A stretch of 64,000 nt of DNA from a virus (IMGVR_UViG_2908764845_000006:47991-111990), one strand, 5' to 3'; shown: positions 18,034 to 28,320, numbered from the stretch's first letter. Numbers and translations: made by a program. The notes: a model not told the origin generated them from the letters alone.

Positions 18034-18570
18034 CTCCGTGGGGGCCCTCCCGGGGCCCTCCCGCTTCCAGCCTAGGCGGTATCGCCTCCTTAAATTTGGG
18101 GCATGGCTCTAAAGGCAGTCCCGACCCATGCACTTGCAAGGGCCCCGGGGTTGGATCGTCCGCCGCCACACCGCAGAGATGCAGGGGTCGCAATTGGCTG
18201 GAGGTGCCCGACCCCACCGTGGCCGTTCCCTTCCGCGCGCATCGTCGCCATAGGGGGCAGGTTTAAGGGCCGGGGCAGTTTGGAAAGTCGGGAGGGGCCA
18301 AAAGGATTAGCCTCACACATCGCGACCGGTCGCAGCCGGGAGCGCAGGTGCAACTCCTCCACATATTCCAACGCTTTTCAGTATCCCGCCCCGGCGCGCG
18401 TTGCGCGTGACCGATGCAAGGAGAGCCGAAGCGACTGGCGACCACCAGTGGCCTAGGCCGAGTAAAGCCAAGACCCCGTCGGACCTCATACAGGCCCGAC
18501 GGGGCTTTGCTTAGAGCGCCGAACCCCGACGCTCCAATCAAAGCCCCACCACCCACCAAAGGAGACCACG

Positions 18571-18864
18571 ATGACCAAGTACACCGCGACCTGCCAAGTC
18601 TGGACCCGCAACAAGCTGGTGACCTCGACCTACGCCATCCCGATGGAGAGCGAGGCCGCCTGCTACCGCACGGCCGGATCGTTCCGCTCCATGACCGACA
18701 CCGCCTTCGTCATCTTCATGTGCGATGGCGAGGAGTTCTTCCGGGTCGCTTGCGAAGGCTTCTACCAGAACAAGAAAGCGATCCAGGCCAAGTACCCCGA
18801 CGCTTGGCGCGATGCACCCAAGGGCAAGGGCGGACCCGGCGCCTTGCGTCGCCGCGCCGCCTGA
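18571..18864 (+). CDS. first gene of the cassette; hypothetical with basic C-terminus
   Basis: AAAGGAGACC upstream; followed by terminator-like hairpin. Confidence 0.7.
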   Translation: MTKYTATCQVWTRNKLVTSTYAIPMESEAACYRTAGSFRSMTDTAFVIFMCDGEEFFRVACEGFYQNKKAIQAKYPDAWRDAPKGKGGPGALRRRAA

Positions 18865-18885
18865 TCCACCCGACCCACTTCACCC

Positions 18886-18911
18886 GGCCCCGTTCGCATC
18901 GGGGCCTTTTT
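18886..18911 (+). terminator. intrinsic terminator-like hairpin with TTCGCAT loop
   Basis: GGCCCCG-TTCGCAT-CGGGGCC-TTTTT. Confidence 0.65.
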
Positions 18912-18939
18912 CATGCCTGCCAACCAAGGAGACCACCCG

Positions 18940-19188
18940 ATGTCCACAACGCTCAACACCGACCTGTCGCGCCGCGCCCACCAGCTCGCGGCGATCGCCG
19001 CCGAGAACGCCAACAAGTTCATCCGCCGCGAGATGCAGGCCGGTGGCCTGTCCCGTCAGCAGATCGTCGCCGAGTGCGGCGCCGGGATGAAGGCGATCGA
19101 CTTCCTCGCCGACATCCGCCGCGTCCTGTCCATCCGCCCGACGGCGAGCGATCGCCGCGTGCTCAAGCTCGCCAAGTGCGATTTCTGA
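18940..19188 (+). CDS. hypothetical protein
   Basis: AAGGAGACC upstream. Confidence 0.7.
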   Translation: MSTTLNTDLSRRAHQLAAIAAENANKFIRREMQAGGLSRQQIVAECGAGMKAIDFLADIRRVLSIRPTASDRRVLKLAKCDF

Positions 19189-19198
19189 GGAGGCCGCA

Positions 19199-19393
19199 AT
19201 GACCAAGCGACGCAAGCTCACCTATCACGGCAAGCGCTTCAACCTGCGCATCAGCGACACACCCTTCGGACTCTTCGTCCACCTCGATCCGAAGAGGGCG
19301 CCGAAGCGCGGCGGCTACAAGACCAAGTCGTGGCGCTTCGCCACGTTCAAGCACGCGACGATGTTCTGCCAAGACGTCGTCCAAGACATCTGA
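19199..19393 (+). CDS. hypothetical basic protein
   Basis: GAGGAGG RBS. Confidence 0.65.
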   Translation: MTKRRKLTYHGKRFNLRISDTPFGLFVHLDPKRAPKRGGYKTKSWRFATFKHATMFCQDVVQDI

Positions 19394-19423
19394 ACCGCAA
19401 CCCCCGACACAAGGAGACCACCC

Positions 19424-19642
19424 GTGATCGACTTCTGCAACATCGACAATGCCAAGAGCTACGCCACCGAAGCGAACCTGATGAAGGCCCTCGCGACCCT
19501 GGGCCTCGACCAGATGCGACCGGTCATCGTGCGCAACCGGGAGGGGCGCTTCACCGCGATCTTCGGCCTCCACCTCTCGGGCATGGCGTGCAGCGGCAAC
19601 GTGATGGCCGCTGCCAACCACGGCTTCAAGACCATCAACTGA
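19424..19642 (+). CDS. hypothetical protein
   Basis: AAGGAGACC upstream of GTG. Confidence 0.7.
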   Translation: MIDFCNIDNAKSYATEANLMKALATLGLDQMRPVIVRNREGRFTAIFGLHLSGMACSGNVMAAANHGFKTIN

Positions 19643-20007
19643 GGGCAACGAACATGAACACGAACAACCGGCGGACGCGCTTTCCCGAACTCGCCTACGC
19701 CCAGCACGCCAAGGACCTGTGGCGGATCATCGCCACCGACACCGATCAGGCGGTTGGCCCGCACTACAGGACGAAGGCCGAACTGCTCGCCGATCTCGAC
19801 CGCTACGCCAAGGAATTTGGTTGCTGAAACTCACGTCCGAGCGCCGCCGATGTGCGGCGCTCCAGCGTGCGCTTCCTGCACGACCGTTTCGCAGACGGTT
19901 CCTCAAACTCAAGGAGACCATCCCATGTCCTACCAACAGAAGCTCGAACTACTCCGCAAGCTCGCCCTCCAGCAATACCGCCACGGCAAGTGAGAGGAGC
20001 GACGCAC

Positions 20008-20310
20008 ATGGCTGGCACCAACACGCACTACACGATCCGCGAAGCCAAGGCGATCCTGGCCCAGCACGGCATGACGATCTCGTCCGACGAGGGCGAGTAT
20101 CGCGTCGCCTTCAAGATCGAGCACCACTCGGCGAGCGCAAGCCACGCCAGCGGCTACTGGACGGTCGGTCGCAAGACCTTCACCGGCGCCGGCGCCGCGA
20201 TGGACGCCCGCAACGCCGCCGAGGGATCGTCCTACTACACCACCCAGCTGGTCGACGCGATCGGCACCGGCATCGAGATGGCGCGGCACGAAGCTGGGAG
20301 GGCCGCATGA
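20008..20310 (+). CDS. hypothetical protein
   Basis: GAGGAG RBS; ATGA overlap with next gene. Confidence 0.65.
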   Translation: MAGTNTHYTIREAKAILAQHGMTISSDEGEYRVAFKIEHHSASASHASGYWTVGRKTFTGAGAAMDARNAAEGSSYYTTQLVDAIGTGIEMARHEAGRAA

Positions 20311-20501
20311 CCCTCACGCAGCTGCAACGCTACGAGCTCGCCCGCCGCAAGCTGGCCGATGGCAACATCGCCTTCATGGAGATGGTCACCCACAAGACCA
20401 ATCCGATGACCCGCGAGGATCTCACCGCGCTGATCAAACTCCGGCCGGAGCGCTACTCGCGCTTCTCCGGCTGGCTCGACGTCCTTCCCTCCCGCAACTG
20501 A
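20307..20501 (+). CDS. hypothetical protein
   Basis: Translationally coupled ORF. Confidence 0.6.
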   Translation: MTLTQLQRYELARRKLADGNIAFMEMVTHKTNPMTREDLTALIKLRPERYSRFSGWLDVLPSRN

Positions 20502-20517
20502 CAAGGAGACCCCGACC

Positions 20518-20742
20518 ATGGCTACCAAGATCAAGACCTTCCGCCTCGGCTCGTCCCCAATGGTGTCCGCGCCCGGCATGGTGCGATGGGCGATCGCCGG
20601 CGCCAAGTTTCCGCGGGATCGCAAGACCGTCGCCAACGTCATCGCTCAGACGTGGAGCGTCCCGATGGCCGCAGCGATCAAGCTCGTCACCCAGACCGTG
20701 CCCTTCACGGTCGAGGGCGAGACCGTCGTGTTCACCGCCTGA
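20518..20742 (+). CDS. hypothetical protein
   Basis: AAGGAGACC upstream. Confidence 0.7.
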   Translation: MATKIKTFRLGSSPMVSAPGMVRWAIAGAKFPRDRKTVANVIAQTWSVPMAAAIKLVTQTVPFTVEGETVVFTA

Positions 20743-20755
20743 CAGGGAGCCCACC

Positions 20756-20998
20756 ATGAAAGTCTACCTGACCCGCACCAAGGCCGTGACCGTCGCCGAC
20801 TATCCCGCCGCCTCCAAGGCGGTGCGCGCCTTCATCGAGAAGGGCGATCTCGGCGCGGGCTGCGGCTCCTCGCTGGAGGCCTTCACCGGCGGCAACATCG
20901 TCGACGGCAAGGGCAAGATGATCGCCCACGTCTCCTACAACGGCCGCGTCTGGCCCGGCACCGAGTGGAAGCCGGGCCTCAAGCCGCTGTTCGGCTGA
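20756..20998 (+). CDS. hypothetical protein
   Basis: GGGAGCCC upstream; VSYNGRVW motif. Confidence 0.7.
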   Translation: MKVYLTRTKAVTVADYPAASKAVRAFIEKGDLGAGCGSSLEAFTGGNIVDGKGKMIAHVSYNGRVWPGTEWKPGLKPLFG

Positions 20999-21072
20999 CC
21001 CTCACCTCAACCCCCGATCTTCAACCCGGGCCGCCTTCGCAGGGCGGCCCTTTGCACAAGGAGACCATCCCA

Positions 21073-21525
21073 ATGACGACCAAAGCCATTTCCGCCGTCC
21101 TCGCCGACACCCGCAGCCCGGCTGCGCAGAAGGCATTCATCAACGCCTTCGCCGACGCGCCGCTGATCCCGCTCGAAGAGCAGATCGCGGACCTCGAGGC
21201 CAGGTTGGACGCCATGGTGCTCAAGGCCGAGACCGGCGCGCAGTGGGCCGAGATTTGCCGCATCGAGCGCAACGAGATGATCCCGCTGCTGCGCCAGAAA
21301 GCGGTGCCGGTCGACCCGATGCGCAAGACCGCCTCGTCGATCGAGCACGGCACCAAGTTCTCCAAGTCGCAGGTCCAGTGGATCATGGACCACGACTGGG
21401 CGGTGCGCTCGCTGATGGGCGCCGTCGTCGTGATCGACCGCTTCACCTACAACGGATCGGCCTACGCCGAGTATTTCGTCTGGGCCGGCACCTTCAACGA
21501 GCTGCGCGACTGGGCGGGGTACTGA
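21073..21525 (+). CDS. hypothetical protein
   Basis: Hairpin and AAGGAGACC upstream; ends LRDWAGY. Confidence 0.7.
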   Translation: MTTKAISAVLADTRSPAAQKAFINAFADAPLIPLEEQIADLEARLDAMVLKAETGAQWAEICRIERNEMIPLLRQKAVPVDPMRKTASSIEHGTKFSKSQVQWIMDHDWAVRSLMGAVVVIDRFTYNGSAYAEYFVWAGTFNELRDWAGY

Positions 21526-21528
21526 GCC

Positions 21529-21747
21529 GTGGCCCTGCACACCATGGACGTCGACCGCGGCTTTAGGCGTGAGACGATTGTCACCTGCTTGGTCGATATC
21601 TCCTCCGGCGTTGCCGGTGAGATCACCTGTATCGAATGCGGTGGCGATGGTGATTGGACCAAGTTTCACCCCGAGCCAGAGACGTTGACGGCGCCGATGC
21701 GGTGCATCGAGTGCAAGGGCACCGGGCGCATCTACGTGTCGATCTAG
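21529..21747 (+). CDS. small CxxCxGxG zinc-finger protein
   Basis: CIECGGDG...CIECKGTG. Confidence 0.6.
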   Translation: MALHTMDVDRGFRRETIVTCLVDISSGVAGEITCIECGGDGDWTKFHPEPETLTAPMRCIECKGTGRIYVSI

Positions 21748-21800
21748 GTGGTCCACCCCGGACACCTCTTTTCAACTCGCAACCCCAAGGAGACCATCCA

Positions 21801-22277
21801 ATGCGAAAGCCCAAGACAATCACCGTGCAGCGCGGCCGCGTCGTCGGAGAAGGCGCAACCAAGACGCTCGCCAACGCCGACCTCGCGAGCAAGATCGACT
21901 TCCTGTGCCACGCCGAGGGCGCGCACATCGAGGTGCGCTTCGGCCTCGTGCTGATCGTCTGTTCCGGCCCGACGGCCGAATGGAGCTACCAGGTCGTCGA
22001 CCCCGCCCATGAGAGGGAGGGCAAGGTGTTCTATCAGAACGGCCTCGGCGGAAACCTCACCATGCGTCAGGCGATCTCCAGGGTCCGCCTCTACGCCGCG
22101 CAGCGCGACTGGAAACCGCAGATCGGCGACGACGAGGGCTTCATCGCCCGCGCCGAGTGCCAATCCGAGCAGGAACGCGACCTGCGCCACTGGATCAAAT
22201 GGCAGCGCAGCTACGCCGATCTGATCAAAGCAGGCAAGACGCACGCCGAGGCCCACCAGCAGGCGACGGGGTACTGA
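21801..22277 (+). CDS. hypothetical protein
   Basis: AAGGAGACC upstream. Confidence 0.7.
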   Translation: MRKPKTITVQRGRVVGEGATKTLANADLASKIDFLCHAEGAHIEVRFGLVLIVCSGPTAEWSYQVVDPAHEREGKVFYQNGLGGNLTMRQAISRVRLYAAQRDWKPQIGDDEGFIARAECQSEQERDLRHWIKWQRSYADLIKAGKTHAEAHQQATGY

Positions 22278-22280
22278 GCG

Positions 22281-22557
22281 ATGACCCATCCCAACCTCCG
22301 CAACTTCATGGACCTGTCGACCGCGCATCTCTCGCCGACGACAAAGCGAGAAAGTCTCCGGCGAGTTCGCCCTCAACCACTGGGTCGCCGCCACGCCCTA
22401 CGGCTGGTTCCTGTACTGCGACGAGGAGAACGCCGAGGACTCGATCCCGGCCGATCTGTTCGCCTGCATGACCTACGCCCGCCAGAACGGCGCCGACTAC
22501 GTGCTGTTCGATCAGGACGCCGACGCGCTCGACGATCTGCCGACCTTCGAGAACTAG
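22281..22557 (+). pseudogene. frameshifted DUF5983-like gene
   Basis: MDLSTAHL in one frame; YGWF...LFDQDA..LPTF in another; shift near 22346. Confidence 0.6.
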
Positions 22558-22559
22558 CG

Positions 22560-22739
22560 ATGGGCCGGCACAAGGGCCGCGATCCTCCGAAGTCGCACTG
22601 CATCCGAGGTCACCGCCTGCACGGCAAGAACCTCTACGTCCAACCCGACGGCGCCCGCGTGTGCCGTCGGTGTCGCGCTCTGAGCAAGATGGACTACCTC
22701 CGCCGCCTTCGCGGCACATCACCAAGGAGAAAACGATGA
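22560..22739 (+). CDS. small Cys/His zinc-binding protein (HNH-associated type)
   Basis: SHCIRGH...RVCRRC. Confidence 0.55.
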   Translation: MGRHKGRDPPKSHCIRGHRLHGKNLYVQPDGARVCRRCRALSKMDYLRRLRGTSPRRKR

Positions 22740-23041
22740 TGACCATTGCATATGACGTGACCGTCCGCCGCATCGGATACGGCGGTGGCGACATCCGGCT
22801 CCACGTGTTCGCTGCCAGCGAGCAGATGGCAATGGATCGCGCCGTCGATCAAGCCAAGCGCAAGAGCGCCATGCCACCGCGTCACCGCCGCTACGCGGTG
22901 TTCGCTGCGGTGGCGTGCGAGGTGTCGCTCGACCAGAGCCGCACCCGCCACGCCGCCCCCTTCGCCAAGACCGACCGCGGCTTCATGCGCCGCGCCGAGC
23001 GCCAGTCGAAGCAGATCGTTCGCAGCGCCTGCTTCGCCTGA
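22736..23041 (+). CDS. hypothetical protein
   Basis: AAGGAGA RBS. Confidence 0.6.
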   Translation: MMTIAYDVTVRRIGYGGGDIRLHVFAASEQMAMDRAVDQAKRKSAMPPRHRRYAVFAAVACEVSLDQSRTRHAAPFAKTDRGFMRRAERQSKQIVRSACFA

Positions 23042-23072
23042 TCCACCAACCCAAGTCAGCAAGGAGACCACC

Positions 23073-23498
23073 ATGCCGAAAAGCAACTGCAAGCACTTCC
23101 CCAACGCCGATGACCACTGCCTCGTATGCGAGACCGAGCAGCGCGCGGCGATGCGGTCCAGCGTCTACAACGACGAGCGCTCCACGTTCGCGCTGCACGC
23201 CGTGACCGCCTTCCGAGATGTCTGCCCCGGCAGCCGGAACGAAGATGGCAGCCCGCTGATCGAGGAGGCCGTCGGCGACCTGATCGCCAACCTGATGCAC
23301 CTGTGCGTCAAGCACGGCGTCGACCCGCTCAAGCAGATCAAGAACGGCGTCTGCCACTTCGCGGTCGAGACCATCGAGCCCGACGGCGTGAGCCATGAGG
23401 CGCAGTTCAACTACACCGTCTACGCCAGACCGTACGCCTCCGGCGAGAGCTGGCAGCTGTTCGACTGGCGGAACCCGCCCGCATCGAGGGAGACGTGA
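23073..23498 (+). CDS. hypothetical protein
   Basis: AAGGAGACC upstream; VGDLIANLMH motif. Confidence 0.7.
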   Translation: MPKSNCKHFPNADDHCLVCETEQRAAMRSSVYNDERSTFALHAVTAFRDVCPGSRNEDGSPLIEEAVGDLIANLMHLCVKHGVDPLKQIKNGVCHFAVETIEPDGVSHEAQFNYTVYARPYASGESWQLFDWRNPPASRET

Positions 23499-23587
23499 GC
23501 GATGCCCGTCACGACCATCGCCGCCATCGTCCTCGCCTTCATCGTCATCAGCGCGCTCTGCGCGCATCGCTACGGGAGACCGCATCC

Positions 23588-23875
23588 ATGACCAAGACGC
23601 TCACGTCCGGCGACCGGGTCGCTTACGCCGCATCGTTCCTCAAGAGCACCGGGCAACACACCGGCGCCGCGCCACAGCGGCGCGGCACCTTTGTTTCCTA
23701 TTGGGTATCCAACCCGGACTTCGCCCGCGTGCACTGGGACGATTTCGAGCAGATCGCTCCTCAGCTCGCCGAGCAGTATGGCGATGATTACGTGGCCGAC
23801 GCCCGGTCCTGCGGATCACTCGTCCATGCCAAGAACATCGCAAAGATCGGGTCGGCGCGTTTCGCGCTGACGTGA
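23588..23875 (+). CDS. hypothetical protein
   Basis: GGGAGACC upstream. Confidence 0.65.
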   Translation: MTKTLTSGDRVAYAASFLKSTGQHTGAAPQRRGTFVSYWVSNPDFARVHWDDFEQIAPQLAEQYGDDYVADARSCGSLVHAKNIAKIGSARFALT

Positions 23876-24074
23876 CCGGCGTGTTCGAGGTCGTGGCGTC
23901 ATGAGCTACCACGAGCGGGACGTGCGTCCCACCGACTGGGTGCTGACGCTCGCTGACGGCACCACCAAGACCGTCACCATCTACGACAACCGCCATCTCC
24001 GCGAGGAGATGGCACGGCTCGGCGCCAAGCGCGCCGAGCCGACCGAGGCCATCTGACATCAACAGGAGACTGCC

Positions 24075-24320
24075 ATGAATACCGAGATCAAGACGCTCGA
24101 AGATTTCGAGCGCGCCTGCAACGCGCACGACCTCACCTACGCCTACTCAGATGATGGCGAATGCTACAGGCGAGGCCGCAACAGCGAGGCGCGCATCGAG
24201 AAGGCCGCGGAGAACTTCCCCCGCGCAGACGTGGAGCGCATCTGGAATGCGATGGTCGACCGCAGGCTGGTCGACTTTGCCCGTGCCGCCTTCTATTGGC
24301 GCTGGCCCAACAAGGGCTGA
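24075..24320 (+). CDS. hypothetical phage protein
   Basis: HDLTYAYSDD motif; CAGGAGAC upstream. Confidence 0.7.
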   Translation: MNTEIKTLEDFERACNAHDLTYAYSDDGECYRRGRNSEARIEKAAENFPRADVERIWNAMVDRRLVDFARAAFYWRWPNKG

Positions 24321-24377
24321 CCATCACCCCACCACCAAACCCGCCGTTTCGCAGACGGCAATCAAGGAGACCATCCC

Positions 24378-24766
24378 ATGAAGTCCATCGTCCCGAACTA
24401 CCCGATGCCCTCGCAGTCGATCCTCGTCCCCAACGAGACCGAGGTCCGCGTCCGCCTCTGGGCGACGTCCTCCGTAACCATCTCGTGGGTCGAGATGGGC
24501 ATGATCCTGGCCGCGCACGTTGTGCTCGGCTTCCTGATCGGCCTTGCGACGACGACCCGGCGGCATTCGCCGCCGCCGTCGTTGCGATCTGCTCGCGCTC
24601 CGGCGGATCGCCGGCGGACCGAGAACACCTCCAGCAGTTCGGAGCGACGTGTCTCAACGCCAGCATGAACGGCGCCGACGCCGCCCTTCGAGCGTTCCTC
24701 GCAGCTGACTGGGAGCTCTTCACCGGGCATCCGCCCTGTCAGTACGTCGCACCTCGCGACAAGTAA
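24378..24766 (+). pseudogene. probably frameshifted hypothetical gene
   Basis: Hairpin and AAGGAGACC start; plausible C-terminus lies in another frame from about 24547. Confidence 0.45.
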
Positions 24767-25368
24767 CCCACTCACCCCCGTTCGCAGCGGGCTCAACAAG
24801 GAGACCGCCATCATGACGAACGAAGATCGCCGACAGCACGGCCGCGCCGTGCTGCAGACTTACGAGGCCCTGCCGGGCGTCGAGACCCGCGCCGATGGCG
24901 CCCGACCTCCGCCACACCGTGTCGATCGACGTGTTCGCGAAAGCGGTCAGCCTGTCGGAGACGCACTTCCATGCCGAGGCAGGCCGATGAGGAAATCCCT
25001 AATTATCCAGATGACACCACAATACACAGCATCTAGGAATATAAGCTAAACAACTGATTTTGCGGCGCTTTCCATACCATGAGTTTTCAGAAGCTTGCGA
25101 GACGCAGCAACAGACGCAGTGATTGACGCCGAACCGAATCTCTGCGCATAAACGAACATCCGCTTGCAGGCGGGGTGTTGTCTGTTCCGTATCCAAGCGG
25201 GCGGATGTTCTGCCTAGAAGTCCCGCCTCGGCTCCACACCGGGGCGGGCACGGCCCCTTAAAAGGAGAGCCGGATCGCAAGCCCGAACTTGGGAATGCGG
25301 GAAGCGCAGTCAGATGCCTCCCCTCCTAAAGACAGGCGGCGATTCGGTCAACGGGAAACTGTGACTCG

Positions 25369-26148
25369 ATGGATCGCAAAGAGACTGTCTACGAAATGCT
25401 AGAGCGTCGAGAACGCGAACTTACGCATGAACTCGCCGGGCTAAAGGGTGAGATTGATGTGCGCGAGAACGAACTTGCGCACGTTCGATCAGCTAGACGG
25501 CAGATTGATATGCTGGGCGGTAATGACGCCGCGCGATTTGGCAAACTTTCCGGCGTCGCTGCAACAGGAAATCCAATCGAAGATTCCGCCAGTGGACCGA
25601 CCCTTGAAGGCGTCGTTAATGTTGCAATTGGCGTTGGCTCACTCATAGCAAAAACATCTAGGATTATAGCGGAAGCACAAGACCGCAATCCATTTTTGCA
25701 GTTCGAGGGTCTCACGATTAAACAACTAATCGTCAAAGCCCTAGGTGACCATTTCCTGAATGGCGCTTCTGCCAGCGAGCTTCGAGATTTCATTGAAAAT
25801 GCGTATGACCGGAATATCGAGCGGTCTAGTCTGACGCCGCAGTTGTCGCGACTTAGGGACGAAGGAGTCGTCGAATATTTTCAGCCGCAGAGCGAAACCG
25901 AAACCGGACCAAAAGCCTTTGTGGTCGCCCGCCAGTTTAATTCAGCTATTCGTCGTTTCCCGCTTGGCGCTGAGCTTGTGGTTCCGGACGACGCTGATGC
26001 ACTTCGTATTCTCAAGAAAGAATTAGAGCCGCGTGAGCTTGAGGATTTGATAAAGCGCCGCTGGATCGTTCCGCATGGCGCGGGCCTTTGGAGACTCGCG
26101 CACCAGGGTTCCAACCATCCTACTTTGATTGAGGGAAAAGCAGGGTGA
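25369..26148 (+). CDS. IS passenger protein (coiled coil plus possible winged helix)
   Basis: 259-aa ORF, non-phage codon usage; IERSSLTPQLSRLRDEG. Confidence 0.65.
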   Translation: MDRKETVYEMLERRERELTHELAGLKGEIDVRENELAHVRSARRQIDMLGGNDAARFGKLSGVAATGNPIEDSASGPTLEGVVNVAIGVGSLIAKTSRIIAEAQDRNPFLQFEGLTIKQLIVKALGDHFLNGASASELRDFIENAYDRNIERSSLTPQLSRLRDEGVVEYFQPQSETETGPKAFVVARQFNSAIRRFPLGAELVVPDDADALRILKKELEPRELEDLIKRRWIVPHGAGLWRLAHQGSNHPTLIEGKAG

Positions 26149-26393
26149 ACGAAATACCGACTGCATCCGGGCCGTGGCACCGGTGCAGTGGGCAGCGAAA
26201 GGGTGGAGACCCGAGTAGCAATCTTGAGGCGCGAAACGGGGCGGTCACGGTAAGCCCCGAAGGAGGGTAACATGCAACAACGTGGTTGAGGCATGAAACG
26301 TGGCGCGTCATCGGGCTGGACCCCGGTGGCGCGTTACGCGCTTATCTACTAGATAGTCGTTAACTCTCAAGAATCGAGGCTAGACTAATATCA

Positions 26394-26564
26394 ATGGCCA
26401 ATCAACGTGACGAACCATATAGCGAACAAGAAGCGCAACGCCGTTTTCTCGTCACACTCAAGACAGCGCTGAATACCCCACCAAAGCCGCTCAAAATGAT
26501 GCCTCGCAAAGGCGTGGCTGCTCAATCCAAGAAACGCCGCAAGACGGCTAAGAAGTCCGCTTAG
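26394..26564 (+). CDS. small basic protein convergent on the IS1595 transposase
   Basis: MANQRDEPYSEQEAQRRF...ALNTPPKP. Confidence 0.5.
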   Translation: MANQRDEPYSEQEAQRRFLVTLKTALNTPPKPLKMMPRKGVAAQSKKRRKTAKKSA

Positions 26565-26617
26565 GGCGTTTCTTCCGCCAGCGCAGAAACCTGCCGGCCT
26601 GATATCTAAAGACCGGC

Positions 26618-26938
26618 TCAGTGAGTTTGATGATAGGTCAGGCGCTTGCCTTCCACGGCCTTGATTGCGGCTTTGGTGCGGTCGGTATCGCTGTAGCCAA
26701 GACCAACACGATGGTTGTAGCGGAAATCAAACTCGGCAAGGTAGCGATGCAAATGCTTTTCTTTGCAATGCTGGTAGACACCAGTCATGCCGCGCTTGAA
26801 GATCGAAAATGATCCTTCGATCGTGTTCGTGTGAACGTCTCCGCGAGCATATTCCTTGGCGCTATGTCGCACGGTTTCATGCGAAGCAAAATGCTGATCC
26901 GCGCCGCTGTAAAGTTTGCTTTCGTCCGTCATCAAGGT
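26618..26938 (-). pseudogene. truncated IS1595 (ISXO2-like) transposase
   Basis: TLMTDES...VHTNTIEG.FS..KR...HLHRYLAEFDFRYN motifs; N-terminal half missing. Confidence 0.88.
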
Positions 26939-27640
26939 CCTGATCGCCTGCGAGTACACCGGCACCGTGCGGCGCGCATTCGCCGCACGGGGCCATGCTG
27001 TCTGGTCCTGCGACCTGCTTCCCTCGCTCGATGGCAGCAACCGCCACATCGTCGACGACGTCCGCAACGTGCTCGACGGCGACTGGGACTTCCTCATGGT
27101 GGCGCACCCGCCGTGCACCCGGCTCGCGAACAGCGGCGTGCGCTGGCTCGACGAGCCGCCCGGTCGACTGACACGGCCGAGCACTACTCGACGAAGGAGA
27201 TCGCCGCCTACGCCACGATGAACCGGCGCGAGCGCCTGGACTTCATCTGGTTCAAGCTCGAGGAAGGCGCCAAGCTGTTCTCCACGCTCTGGGACGCGAA
27301 GATACCGCGCAAAGTGCTGGAGAACCCGGTGATGCACAAGCACGCCAAGAAGCGCATCCGTCGCTACCGCGAGTTCTCGCAGTCGATCCAGCCGTGGATG
27401 TTCGGCGACTTCGAGACCAAGCGGACCTGCTTCTGGACCGACTTCGAGGGCGAGGACGCGCCGCCGCTCAAGCCGACGTACCGGACGATGGAGGAGTGCC
27501 GCAGGGCACTCAACCTGCCGCGCGGCGCCAAGCCGGTCGACCGCGTCCACAAGGCAGCACCCGGCCCGAAGCGATGGGCCGAGCGCAGCAAGTTCTTCCC
27601 CAAGGTGGCGGAGCAACTCGCCATCCAATACGCCGGATAA
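26931..27640 (+). pseudogene. phage DNA cytosine methyltransferase-like gene, start lost and frameshifted
   Basis: KVLIACEYTG, AHPPCT, ENP and QPWMFG motifs; extra AC at 27171-27174 shifts the frame. Confidence 0.75.
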
Positions 27641-27683
27641 CCCGCCCCGTTTCGCAGACGGGCAACACCAGGAGACCAACCAC

Positions 27684-27941
27684 ATGAAGATTCTTTACCA
27701 ATACGTCGCCCCGAAGGTCGGCGCGAAGATCAGGCTGATCGAGGGGACGGCGTTCGTGCCGGCAACGCCGTTCCAGCCGGCGACCGAGCGCAGGGCCTTC
27801 GCCGTCACGCTCGACATCCCCGGCGAGTACGCCACGTTCGAGCGCTACCACGACGTCGAGTACGCGGCCGGCGCCTTCATCAGTACCTGTGAGATGTTCG
27901 GCGACGTCATGATGCGCAATCAGGTGGTGTTCGTCCCATGA
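27684..27941 (+). CDS. hypothetical protein
   Basis: Hairpin and CAGGAGACC upstream. Confidence 0.7.
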   Translation: MKILYQYVAPKVGAKIRLIEGTAFVPATPFQPATERRAFAVTLDIPGEYATFERYHDVEYAAGAFISTCEMFGDVMMRNQVVFVP

Positions 27942-28243
27942 GGAGGAGCAACGTCGGACCGCTGGTCGACGAGCTGGGCCTGCTGGAGGCCCAGATTGCC
28001 GACATCGAGACCAAGGCCCAGCCGCTGCGTGACCAGATCAAGGCCATGGGCGCCGGCGCCTATGAGGGCGATCTATTCCGCGCGGTCGTCTCCGAATACG
28101 AGCGCAAGAACCTCAACATGAAGGCGGTGAAGAAAAAGCTCTCCCCGCAGTTCATCCGTGCCCACACCAAATACACGCCGACCACGAGCCTCACCGTCAA
28201 CGGGCGCAATGCGATCGACGTGACCACCGAGGGCGACGATTAG
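27938..28243 (+). CDS. hypothetical coiled-coil protein
   Basis: ATGA overlap with upstream gene. Confidence 0.65.
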   Translation: MRRSNVGPLVDELGLLEAQIADIETKAQPLRDQIKAMGAGAYEGDLFRAVVSEYERKNLNMKAVKKKLSPQFIRAHTKYTPTTSLTVNGRNAIDVTTEGDD

Positions 28244-28320
28244 TCGCCTTCCACGACCCGGCACTGGGCCTTCGCAGGGCCCGGGCCGGAGACCTGCAAC
28301 CTCAAACAAGGAGACCAACC

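Larger units (their letters stand above)
24998..26938 (-). mobile_element. IS1595-family remnant with passenger genes
   Basis: Lower-GC segment; only the C-terminal transposase part remains; possible terminal repeat near 24998-25019; boundaries approximate. Confidence 0.65.

Noticed and set aside
26618-27685. 355-aa ORF as a full-length transposase
   Set aside because: Only the last ~105 aa are IS1595-like; the rest is antisense to the methyltransferase pseudogene.
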